Below, piece after piece: positions 12,001-23,300 of a DNA stretch of 64,000 bases (its first letter is position 1; each line of letters starts with the position of its first letter). A program made the position numbers and the translations under genes. The stretch lies in NCBI GenBank assembly GCA_044892525.1, contig CM097886.1, forward strand, positions 126,790,001-126,854,000, in the 5' to 3' direction. This DNA comes from Schmidtea polychroa (lineage: Eukaryota). The notes beneath the pieces are model-generated. The model was not told the origin of the DNA. It worked only from the letters and a program-made list of their open reading frames with translations, and ran no database searches.

Positions 12001-15000
12001 TAAAGACCTCCCAAATCCAGCTCCTGAATGGATTTCCGACCGCGTGTGGAATGAAATATTGACTCTGGCGTCATTGCCAACCTTCAGTAATTTCCCCGAG
12101 GAATTTATTCACAAATATCTCAATGATTACAAACGGATTTTTGACAGTCTGGAACCTCACCGGGAGAAATTGCCAGGTGATTGGTCCGATATCTGCGATC
12201 GGTTCCAAGTCCTTCTAGTTCTGCGGTGTTTGAGAATGGACAAAGTTACAAATGCAATGCAGGATTTCGTGGCTCATTTCCTTGGTGAACGGTTCATTGA
12301 ACCGCAAACTGCCGATCTGACATTAGTGTACAAGGACAGTTCTCCAACCACTCCATTGATTTTTGTCCTATCACCAGTTCGTCACTGTCACATTATTGAT
12401 GATGATTTTATCATTTAATTTTCTTCAGGGAACTGATCCTGCGTCCGACCTTTACAAATTTGCTGATGACATGAAGTTCAGCAAGAAACTATCGGCCATT
12501 TCACTGGGACAAGGACAGGGACCACGTGCTGAGGAGTTGATAAAGAATGCTATGGAGCGTGGTAAGTGGGTATTTTTCCAGAATTGTCATTTAGCACCGT
12601 CCTGGATGCCGAGCTTGGAGCGATTGGTGGAGCAAATCGACAAAGACAAAGTTGGTAGCAACTCGTGTATTTGTTTATAAAATAGTTATAGGTGCACCGC
12701 GATTTCCGGTTGTGGCTGACGAGCATGCCAAGCCCAAAGTTCCCAGTTTTTATCTTGCAAAACGGCAGCAAGATGACGGTAGAGCCCCCACGAGGCATCA
12801 AAGCGAACTTATTAAAGTCATACACGAGTTTTAATGATGACTTCCTAAATTCAATTGCAAAGGCATTCCGGCACTTTCCTATTAATTTTCCTTAATTATC
12901 ATTTAGAATACCGAATGGAGACATTTGCTTTTATCTCTTTGCCTATTCCATGGAGTCCTGATTGAGAGGAAAAAATTCGGGCCACTGGGCTTCAATATTC
13001 CGTACGAGTTTACTGATGGTGACTTGAGGATCTGTATAAATCAATTGGGCATGTTCCTCACAGAATATACGGATGTGCCATTCAAGGTCGGTNNNNNNNN
13101 NNNNNNNNNNNNNNNNNNNNNNNNNNNNNNNNNNNNNNNNNNNNNNNNNNNNNNNNNNNNNNNNNNNNNNNNNNNNNNNNNNNNNNNNNNNNNNNNNNNN
13201 NNNNNNNNNNNNNNNNNNNNNNNNNNNNNNNNNNNNNNCTCCAATACACAGCCGGTCACATCAATTACGGCGGTAGGGTCACAGATGACTGGGACAGGAG
13301 ATGTGTCATGAATGTTTTGAGTGGGTTCTACAATCCGCAGGTGATGACTGAAGATTATATTTATTCGCAAAGCGGTATTTATCGGCAGATTTCCCCTTTG
13401 ACAGATCATACTGTAAGGGCTTCTATTTGAAAATGGAAATGGTGTTATTGATGGGATATGATATTATTAGGGATACATGGCCTATATCAGGTCGCTGCCT
13501 ATCAATGATACTCCCGAGATATTCGGTCTCCATGACAACGCCAACATTACATTTGCTATTAATGAGACCAATAATTTGCTGGATGATTTGCTTAAATTGC
13601 AGCCGAAAATGTCGACAGCTGGTGGTAAATCTCGAGAAGAAATTGTTGAGGAAGTTTCAAAGGAAATCTTACAAGGAATGCCTGAAATTTTTAATATTGA
13701 AGACATCTCAAAACGATATCCAGTGATGTATGAGCAATCGATGAATACGGTTTTGATCCAAGAGGTTATAAGGTGAGCAACAGATGGTGTAATGGTTACT
13801 ACTGAAATTATGTTTGTTTGTTGGTTGGTTGGTTGGTTCTTTGATTCGCTTATTCGTTCGTTTCTTCGTTCGTTCGGTCATTCATTGGGTAGTGACTAGT
13901 TAGGAATATCTATCGTGATAGCCATTTGGTAGCATTTCGGCAAGTTTCTTTCAGTTATTTTTTGTAAGGAATATTTTATCAAGGGAAACTTTTCTGGAAT
14001 TTTTCCTTGATCTTGGTTGTCTGATGATCTGTCATTGTGCAAATTTAATTATACCGCAAAAACTGAATAGGATTTTATATTGAGATTAATTGACACAAAT
14101 CTTCATATTGATTACCAGTTGTGCTTTTACCCATTCCCTGGGTTGAATAAGCATGACCCTTGAATAATCCATCTGTGACACAATTTGTTTAACCAAGGGT
14201 ATGAGTCGATATAAATTTCAATGTCGTTTCTGATAGTTATACAATTTCATTTCTATAATAGATATAACCGACTGCTCAACATCATCAAATCTAGTCTCAG
14301 AGACTTATTGAAAGCTATCCAGGGCCTGGTGGTAATGTCAGAAGCTCTGGAGAACATGTCGAATTCTCTATATGATAACAAAGTGCCTGACAACTGGGCA
14401 TCAAAAGCATATCCCAGTCTCAAACCTTTAGCTTCGTGGGTGATAGATCTTCATCAGAGAATATTATTTATACAAACTTGGATCGACAATGGTATTCCTC
14501 CGGTATTTTGGATCAGTGGCTTTTTCTTTCCCCAAGCTTTCCTAACAGGAACGTTACAAAATTTTGCCCGGAAAAAAATTATCTCAATCGACACAATATC
14601 ATTTGGGTTCAAGGTATTTTATGAATTTATTATTACGGCCGGCATTTTACGGGGCATTCAGGTCATGGTGAAGGCTTGGCCCGAAATCAGTGAGATACCT
14701 TCAGATGGCTGTTACATTCGAGGCTTGTTCTTGGAAGGCGCCCGTTGGGACATGGGGAAAATGCAATTGACAGAGTCACGACCTAAAGAATTATTTACGG
14801 AAATGCCAGTCATTTGGCTAATTCCTTGCGCCAATCGATCAATTCCACCCTCGGAAATATACGAATGTCCAGTTTACAAAACCCTAACCAGAGCCGGTAA
14901 TATTGATAAATTTTTTAATTTTGTTATAATTCTGTGCCAGGCACTTTGTCTACGACCGGCCATTCCACGAATTTCGTATTCTCAATAGAAGTGCCGACCG

Positions 15001-15062
15001 ACAAGGACCAGAAACACTGGATCAAGCGAGGGGTAGCACTGCTATGTGCCCTCAATTATTGA
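1..15062 (+). CDS. DNAH1: Axonemal inner-arm dynein heavy chain 1, 5'-partial, multi-exon (about 23 introns in window; long introns at about 3052-6415, 8344-9168, 13773-14259)
   Basis: Spliced exons give continuous dynein motor: AAA1 P-loop [13 protein letters not shown]2 [12 protein letters not shown]3 [11 protein letters not shown]4 GMGGSGRQS, stalk/MTBD exon 9169-11705, and C-terminus [12 protein letters not shown]...[15 protein letters not shown] (TGA 15060-15062), which matches the DNAH1-type ending as I recall it. Confidence 0.95.
3753..3857. mobile_element. TTAA-flanked 105-bp MITE (piggyBac-like) in DNAH1 intron
   Basis: TTAA|CCCACTTTCCGTGATCGGAT...ATCCGATCACGGAAAGCAGG|TTAA: about 30-bp imperfect terminal inverted repeat with TTAA on both sides. 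Confidence 0.7.
4053..4240. mobile_element. TTAA-flanked 188-bp MITE (piggyBac-like) in DNAH1 intron
   Basis: Perfect 14-bp TIR CCGTTTGCGGACGG...CCGTCCGCAAACGG with TTAA target duplication on both sides. Confidence 0.85.
4564..4690. repeat. Probable Tc1/mariner-pogo type TIR relic
   Basis: Three copies of ATATAACGC(G), a motif typical of pogo/Tigger-like terminal repeats; no intact ends. Confidence 0.3.
5476..6150. repeat. Foldback complex: direct and inverted copies of an about 105-bp unit interleaved with (TTA)n tracts
   Basis: 74-bp arms 5762-5835 and 5847-5920 (1 mismatch, 11-nt loop); direct copy at about 5561-5665; degenerate copies at about 6045-6150; (TTA)n at about 5477-5558 and 5914-6022. 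Confidence 0.9.
8746..8946. repeat. Imperfect 200-bp palindrome (MITE-like) in DNAH1 intron
   Basis: About 88-bp arms 8746-8835 and 8857-8946, roughly 85% complementary by eye, about 21-nt loop. Confidence 0.8.
13812..13890. repeat. Degenerate (TTGG)n/(TTCG)n tetranucleotide tract in DNAH1 intron
   Basis: tgtttgtttgttggttggttggttggtt...ttcgttcg...ttcgttcgttcgg. Confidence 0.75.
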
Positions 15063-15186
15063 TTGTGTTACAGTTATATGTTTTGTGTATGCATGGGACA
15101 ATTGTTTCCGTTATTGTAGATTTATTATTATTATTGATCACAGACATTATTGTAACAGTCGGCAGCTTGATAGACATTTAGATGTG

Positions 15187-15237
15187 AATAAACAATGAAA
15201 ATGTGTTGATTTTAAAAATGTTGATATTAAAAATAAA
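15187..15237 (+). terminator. Candidate polyadenylation signals of DNAH1
   Basis: AATAAA at 15187-15192 and 15232-15237, 125-170 nt after the stop codon. Confidence 0.5.
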
Positions 15238-15290
15238 GCACAACAAAATTAGATTTTATTTGAATCCGTAAATGCTCTTCCTTACAAGCT

Positions 15291-18200
15291 TTATGCGATC
15301 ATTTCGACAGAGTTGGAGGAATGATAATCTATATTTAATTTGTTTGATCCGTTTAGATTGTGGCGGAACGTGTTCAGATTCTGCGTAAACCTGTAACAAC
15401 ATGTAATCTTCTATTGCAACTTCACTTGATCTTTACTTGTCTCTGTTCCGGATACTCAGAGAGCAGTTGACATCCTCCATCAACTTCTCGAATGAACTTT
15501 TCATCGTTTCCGGTGACCCTGACGACAAGTAGCACTGCTGGAGGTCCTCGAACGCCTGAAATTGAGAAAGAGAGGGTTGCGTGATAACATAATTTAAACC
15601 TTGTTATTTAATAAGATAAGGCCTAATAGTGGTCGAGACATAGCCCACTGGTTCTTGCATTCAGGCTGCATGAGCGCTTGAAATAAATTCTCCATGCTCC
15701 TCGATAGAATCGTGTTCAACTGACCAGTTGATGACTCCATCAACATGCAGTATTTATCTCGGGATTCTGATTCCCGCCTGCTCAAGTGCTGGGAGGTCAT
15801 CAGGAAATGGTCGATTGAACCACGCACATTATCACTGAGATGTATATTTGCAGAATTCGGGTGGGATGGCTTGATAGCATTGTTGGACACGACCTGACTT
15901 TGAGCAAGACGTAACAGGAATGAAGCTATGTTGTCAAGGCAGGAACAACAGCTAGATGAGACTGTCAGAGCTATAATAGGAATGAGAGGATGAGAACTAA
16001 TTACAAAACTAATTACAGGTAGATGTTAAACCATCACAAATTGTATTGACGAAATAAAGAATCATTTCTGGCTGTTGAGTACCGAGCCAAATAAGGTGAT
16101 CCTGTGTTAATGAGTCGGCCAGACAATAATATGAGCGGGCCAATTTCGGATATGCCTAATAAGAAAATAGCTAAATTAGATATACCATAATCATTAATTA
16201 TTATCCGCACCATCATATCAGCCGGTGGAATGCTGACCATCAATTGCAGGAATATTAACAAACACTTTTCTAACGAATCATCAGCATAAAGTGCGAACGC
16301 TCCAAGGTTAACATAGTTTCCAGTTAGCAGATTGCGCAAGATGTCAATGCAAGCTGTCGTTTCCTTTATATAGAGCAAATATTGTGTTTTGTTTGAGCGA
16401 ATTGACGCGAGACGTTCGTGAGTAATTTTTTCGCCTAGATGCAATAAAATGCGGTAAGCATGCGATTCGCATACAAATAATCGTGTCCATCCAATTTACC
16501 CACAAATATGTATCGATTATGCGCTAATCATTCACACGACAAGGTCCAAGTTCAACCAGTCGATTGCCCCCACCACTTCTCAATTGCGTCATTTTAATCG
16601 TTCAGATTAATTATTATTTTAATATTCTTTGAATTATAATATCAGCTTCATTGGCATCAGGAAACAAAATCATCAGGCATATTGCTTGGACACGATTGCA
16701 ACAATGACAAATAAATCAATAAATAAACTAACCATAGCAAATCAAAATCCGGGAGCACACGCGGAACATTAGTTCCCCACTAGGAGAAGCGACCTGTGGT
16801 TGCAAACGATTATTCCTGCTGAGTGATAATTCCCCTGCCAGCTTGAGACAGCCCAGTGACAGGCCGCACGGCTCAGTGGGACCCCAGAGATCGATGGCCA
16901 CCAGCAGGTGGGACAGCATAGCGGGATACAACCAATCAAATAGCGCCTGAAAAGAACATTTGCTGTGACAAGCAGTGGCGACTCCTCTCACATCCCTAAT
17001 GAGTGCCAGTAATGCAAGCTTGCTAGTAGCTACCTGCTGATCGGAATTGGAACTGGTGATAACGGTTGCCAAAGCCTGGGTGAGCGAATCACAGGCATGT
17101 GTTAATGGACCCATGAATCCCAGGAATACAGCCGGTTCTTCGGAGTGTGGAGATAAAAGAAAGAGTCGAGTGAGAGAAGCATAAAAACAAGTGCGAGGAT
17201 TGGAACTGGCCCCTGTGATATTGGTGGTGAGCTGGACCGCATTGTGCCGATACAAATCACCGTTGCTAATGCCTCCACTGATGCCGCTACTTCCACCACA
17301 GCCAGTAATAGAATGATTGCTAGGGATGCTGCCAGTGCCAAATGCGACTTGTTGTGGGTCCTGGCACGAATGCATGAGGAACGGAAGTTGCATCGGGGAA
17401 TGATTCTCTAGCAACGATATTACTACAGGCAATTTCATCAGCCGTTTCGCCACGGCGCCCAATGACAACTCGTGCAGCAGTGCCAATGAACGTGATATCA
17501 CTGGCTTGCTTAGGCCCGCCCAGCACCGCAAATTGACTAGAATTTTCTGAATTAGTGTTTCAAGGAGTGCGTTGTCGTCACTGATGGTGATCCGTTGCTG
17601 GAGAACCTCATACAATCGGACTGCTCGGATGCAGCTCTCTCCACATAGGTAGACTCGTCGAATCTGGTCAAGGAAAGCGAGTACGGCAACCTCAAGGCCT
17701 GCCAGAGCTTGGATGAGATGGGCATTGCTGCCGAGGCATTCGGTATCGATCATACCGGCCAATTGAAGGACACGGGCGACCAGTTCCCCATCCAATCGGT
17801 CATTATCATCACTGGATCCCGCGCAGCCGATACGGCCGCTGATGCAGGCTCCCATTAACAAAACCAGCCAGCAGAGCTCCCGTAATCTAGTAACTGCGTT
17901 CTGGCTCCCCTCAGTCGAAAATCGGGCAGCAGTCTCATCAAAAAGCGTTACTAAGCGACTGACACTTAATCCGTATTGGCAGCGAGAGAGGACCGCGACC
18001 GCCTCCAGTTCCTGGGGCACACTAACTGCATCTTCTAGATCTCCCCATGGTCCGTTACTGTCCTGGGATATGGCGGCCCGCATGCGCGATCGTACGTACG
18101 CATCTAGAACAATTGGACAGTGTGTGTCCAAAAGATGAGGCTGACTACAGCGCAGGTACGGAAGGCTGGCTACTAGGCGTTGCCACGTCAATAGTAGATA

Positions 18201-20396
18201 GTGCTGGCTGTTGCTGCTGTCGCTATCACCGGCCTCGAGAGATCTGACAGTGAATTGAGCCAGCAACTCAATGAAACGTGAATAACCCGTCAACGTGACG
18301 AGCTCACCCAACTGGAAATTGCTCTTCAATCGGCACACAAGTCGGCACAGCTCATGGTAACAGCTGGCATCGTCAAGTGCCCCACCGTTCCTAGAGAGAA
18401 TATCACAAACGCCATTCACGAGCTGGCCGAGGAAAATCTGGCGTTCATTATTATTAAAGAAGGATCGACGGAAGGAGGCAGCTTGCACGAGACAGGCCAA
18501 CGCCTACAATAGAGATCACACAATGATATTGATTGCAATCATTCGGCTTACAAGGTGGCCTAAGCTGGCCGGCAGATTTTCGTACAACCGAAAAAAGAGT
18601 GGCACCGGATCAGGAATGTCACTCGGACTCAGAAATGCTTGTCTCCAGTTTGTGGGAACCTGAACGCTCATCATGTCATCACTGACCTCCTCACCGCCAC
18701 ATGTGCCAATGAAATCGTACGACAAGCAAGACAGGGTCAATTTTAGGCTATATTGCACGATGGAATGCTAATGGGAAGAGTTACTTTATTTATGCTACAA
18801 ATTTATGGAAATTAAAAGGTAAACCAATCAGCAAATTATCCATATCAGCCAGTCAATCAGATAATAGATATAAACAAACGCACATAAATATAACAACAAC
18901 CAGTCAGATACCAGACAATATATATAATGTCAAACAATTAGCTAGGAGCACAATCACAGTAACCAATCCACCATTTCTTTCATATACAACAATAACCAAT
19001 CAAAAAGCACCCAGTAAACCAATCAACTAATAGAAACACACACAAACACACATAGCAACCAATAAATTATTATCTCACCTGCATATTGTCATACAGATTC
19101 AGCGATTTGATATTAGTCGACATCTTGCCCAGTAGCTCGACTGAGGTGATGAAAATGCTGTAGAGCTGATTCTCGCGGAAATTGTTGGCGATCTTGCGCA
19201 TGACAATTGTGGAGCGGGTGATCTCTCCCTGGAATGCAATATAGATATAGATATAAATATCAGCAGCACCAATCGTCACTCTCACTTCATAGCTCTGGTT
19301 AAACTCATACACAAGGCTGTACAGGATCTGCACTGCTATTAGCATCGGTTTTGGTTGGCCACTCTAAATGACAGTCAATAACAGATAATATCAATCAGTC
19401 TCTCCCTCTTCCTTTCTCCTCCTCTTTTGCCTCCTCCAATTACCTTGATCATCTCCATCATCGGCTCGATTACTTGTCGAAACACAAAGTTCTCCTCTTT
19501 ATTCGTATCTAGCCAACCGAGCTTCGTGATTCGACAGATTAGGCCAACAATGGCCCGGACGACAAAATCCGCGAGCTCCTCCCTCTGCATGAGATAATTC
19601 AGACACAAATTCCCTGCCGATCGACGTAACAATCAATAATTATCATAAATTGTGCATAAAACTATATTAATTATCAATCTACAGATCAATTGACAGTTGA
19701 AATACAGTTATCTATTTATATTTATTATGGTTAATTATTGATTTTATTATTCTTTGATTTATTTATCCATTATATTCCATGGTCGACATGATCAATGCAA
19801 AGTCATTGCGCGAACGTGACAGCTACAGAATGGAGACCAAAATGGTGGTAACATTGGGAAAGCTGATAGCAATATTATGAGGAATCTGAAAGAGGGTAAC
19901 AACTCAGAATGGATTGCTAGTTTATAGAACCGAATAAATTACATCAACAATTCCAATTTATTTCATTAAATAACATTTGAAAAGCAAATAGAAATATTTG
20001 TAGTTCAAATAAATAATTTTAACATTAAATTTGTCTGAAATTGCCATAAAATTTGCACGTCAGAAATAAAAATGATGATTACAATCAAATCAAACCATTG
20101 TCCTTACTTATTTCTAATCTTTGGTCAACCGATAATTCAATTTGACTTTTATTCAATAGCTTTGATAGAGTTGAAATTGCAACCAATTGCGAATAATGGG
20201 ACTAAAATATTTTAATTAAATAAATCAAATTTGCAATTATTATTGTTACATTTCCTCGTTCCAATAACAATCGGCTAGTTTCAAACCCATTTACGGAATC
20301 CGACAAACTCAAGCATGCTTGTTCAGCTCTAGATCTTATTTCAGAATTTTCCGATTCATACGCATTTTTGCAGTATAACTCTAATTCTTCAATAGT
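15291..20396 (-). CDS. XPO7: Exportin-7 / RanBP16-17 family nuclear export receptor, multi-exon; the small first coding exon upstream of 20396 was not located
   Basis: Exons join via GT-AG introns: TIEELELYCKNAYE...LLLERGN | SHYSQLVAISTL...QRLEIR | NLCLNYL...RITKLGWLD | ... YDFIGT...VQVPTNWR | LACLVQAASFRRSFFNN...RLKSNFQLGELV (1.77-kb exon) | ...GNYVNLGAF | ...SIRNRDKFTQNL; stop at 15291-15293. Confidence 0.93.
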
Positions 20397-23300
20397 CTAC
20401 AGATTATGACAATTTTGTTAGAAATATCATTGCATTAATAAAAAAATGAGTAATTACTGTCATATCTTAAATTTTTTGAAATTCTAAAATCTAAACACTG
20501 AATAAGATTTATTGATCTACTCAATAAATTATTAATTGATATGAATTTAATAAAATACTCAGATAATAGAATATTAATCTGTATAAAAAATTATAAATTA
20601 AATTAACTATCTGATTAGGATAATTAAAACAATCCTTATAATTTTAATTAATATATTATCTTCACATATATTAAGGAAATCTTGAACTTTTAGAAATACT
20701 AAATAATCATTCATTGTAATTTAATAAAATGATATGAAATTTTCTTAAAAATACATATAATGCTCTATATTAGGTGCTTTTCTAAAATATTTTAATTTAT
20801 TAAGCAGTTTAAACTTCTTTAGAATACTTAAGATGTAATAAAAAGACATTAACTAAAAAAGCTACAAAATAAAATTTTAATTATTATCAGATAATAATAG
20901 CAAAACTGACAACTCTTTAGGTCCTAGACTATTTTGTTTCCTTAAATAGAAATTTTTACTAACCAGATGTTAAATTACCAATATGTAGATTATAGGATAA
21001 ATAGCTGAAAAAATCTCACTTGCCTATTTTAAGTATTACAACTAACATAACACTGGTATATATAATCCCTTTGGTATATCATAATCGAAAATCTACTTGA
21101 TTCAAAACGCTGAGCATAAAGTGTGAGCATACCGATATTTGAGAATTCATTCCGTGTGCTCTTGAACATGTACAATTCGATTCAAAAGCTTTAAGTAGTC
21201 GATAATTTGATTCAAAAGTCGAGCATGTAACGTTAGAAGCTTCGACCAAATAAGCAATCATTGATTCGACAACAGAAGCTTATGGAATTTTATTTAAACA
21301 TTTATGGGCATTTGGATACTAAACTTTCATCTCAACAGTTAGGCATTTAAAATTACCTTTAAGAATTTTGGCACCAGGAATTTCCAAACAAAGTCATAGC
21401 CTAAAATCGTTAAAATGCATAATATTTCTAAAATCTTAAAATTCAAGACTTGGATATCATTTATAAAAATATTTATTTTCAATTCATAACTATTCATAGC
21501 ATTACAATCCCCAAATTTTATTTCTTTACTCGAACTGATTTCGGTCACAATTTCAACGGTATTGTTGGGCTAGAACCACAAATTGATTGTTTGCTTTAAT
21601 AAGTAGAAAATACATAGCATAGAAACCACACCAAGTTGAATTAAAATCCATGATCATACATCAAATAATACAAAATAAAATACACAACACATTGAGAATA
21701 AATAAAACACGTATAATAAATTCAAGAAACGCAAGAAGTTGCAATCACCAACACAGTTAAGAGAAAAATAATGCATCCAAAAGATCTGTCAATTAGAAAA
21801 TAAAAGAATAATAAATAAACTAAATAATTGATAATATAAAAACTTAGGAATGATTATTGGTCTTATTTACATAAGAAAGACCATAATCAAATTAATTAGG
21901 GATGTTATGGCTCGTATTTACACACGAAGGAGCAGTGGAAATGAGTGCATACTTTAAGAAAAGGAACAGGAAAAAAAATTATATAAAAAATTAAACGAAA
22001 TAAAATAAAGAAATAAATTAAAATAAAATTGAAACAAAATATTTCCATTAAAATTGATAAAATAATAAAAAGTAGAATAAAATTAGTTAAAATTATTTAA
22101 ATTATAAAATTTATAAAATTAAATGGTTAAAATTAATAAAAATTAAATGATTTAATTAAATAAATCAATAAAATTAAATTTCAAAAAATTACACACACTT
22201 ATATATGTGTGTAACGAAATTCTGATTGGATATAGTGGCAGAGAATGCAATCAAAATCATTGTAAATACTGATTGCAAATTCAGTTAAATAACATAACTT
22301 GAACTTGAACATTGACTTGTTTTAACATAAACACTAAGTTACATGGAATTTTAAACTTTTCAATTCAGACAAAAAATTTTGATTTGTTCTCAGTTTTTGG
22401 GGTATTTTTATTTTGCATAAATTAATTTTTATCCATGTAGTAATGTTTCAATTAAATACATTTTTCACATTCGATTTAATTTTGTTGTTTTTTTATTGTT
22501 CATTTCTTTAACGTGGTTTAAATTAAAATTTTATTAAGTAATTTTAATAGTTGGATGGACTGAGAATTATGCCATATGTCAAGGGCAAAGGGGACTAACC
22601 GTCCTCTTACCCAACAGACGGGGTAATTTTCAGACATCCGTCAGCAGAGATTAAGAGAAGGATTCCACGAGGGGACCGCCTGAGTCTACAACTGATATCT
22701 TTTTATTGAAATTTATTAAAAATGTAGATTTTGAGTAAACTTTAGTAATTAGAATCAATTTAGGACAAAATTAGAAATGTAGGCAGATCCCTGCACAAAG
22801 GTTTCAAAAATAACATTGAAAAACATCCAGTTATGAAGACCATAATTAATGAATAAATGACAATAATCTAAGAAAGGAATAGCTAATAAGCAATGACTTA
22901 AGACCTCTTCTATCGCCAGTCCAAACTCGAAAAAGAAAAAAGAAGTAGTTTTAGCAGTAGAGCTCACCTGCTCATTGATTTTCAGCCATTTTGTACATCA
23001 CCAGCATGGTCGTGACCATGGGTAGGTAGATGGTATAAAGTAAAATAGTTATGAAGGCGTTTAGGAAGGAGTCGATTCAAAATCCATAAGTAACCCTAGC
23101 ACATTTAAATGACACACCCCTAAGCGCCACCAGGTATAAAATAAATATATTCTCCCAATCGGTTTTATTCTGTATTATTTATTGTTTTAAACGATAGGAA
23201 AACCAAGATGAAGTGTCAATGGAGGTACCAACACAGCACATAAAAAGCAAAAAGTTCATTTAAAATAAATTAAATACATTAAACAAAAATAAAAAAATAA

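Noticed and set aside
446-15062. Apparent premature stops ending conserved dynein, exportin and filamin ORFs (possible recoded genetic code or readthrough)
   Set aside because: Every stop falls inside a frame-restoring mini-intron; no in-frame stop was found within a conserved exon.
16575-16680. C/D-box-like TGATGA...CTGA on the minus strand in an XPO7 intron
   Set aside because: Non-consensus C box, no terminal stem, AT-only interior with no recognisable guide.
19885-19910. 14-nt match GGTAACAACTCAGA with the reverse strand near 37670
   Set aside because: Exact matches of this length are expected by chance in a two-strand 64-kb comparison.
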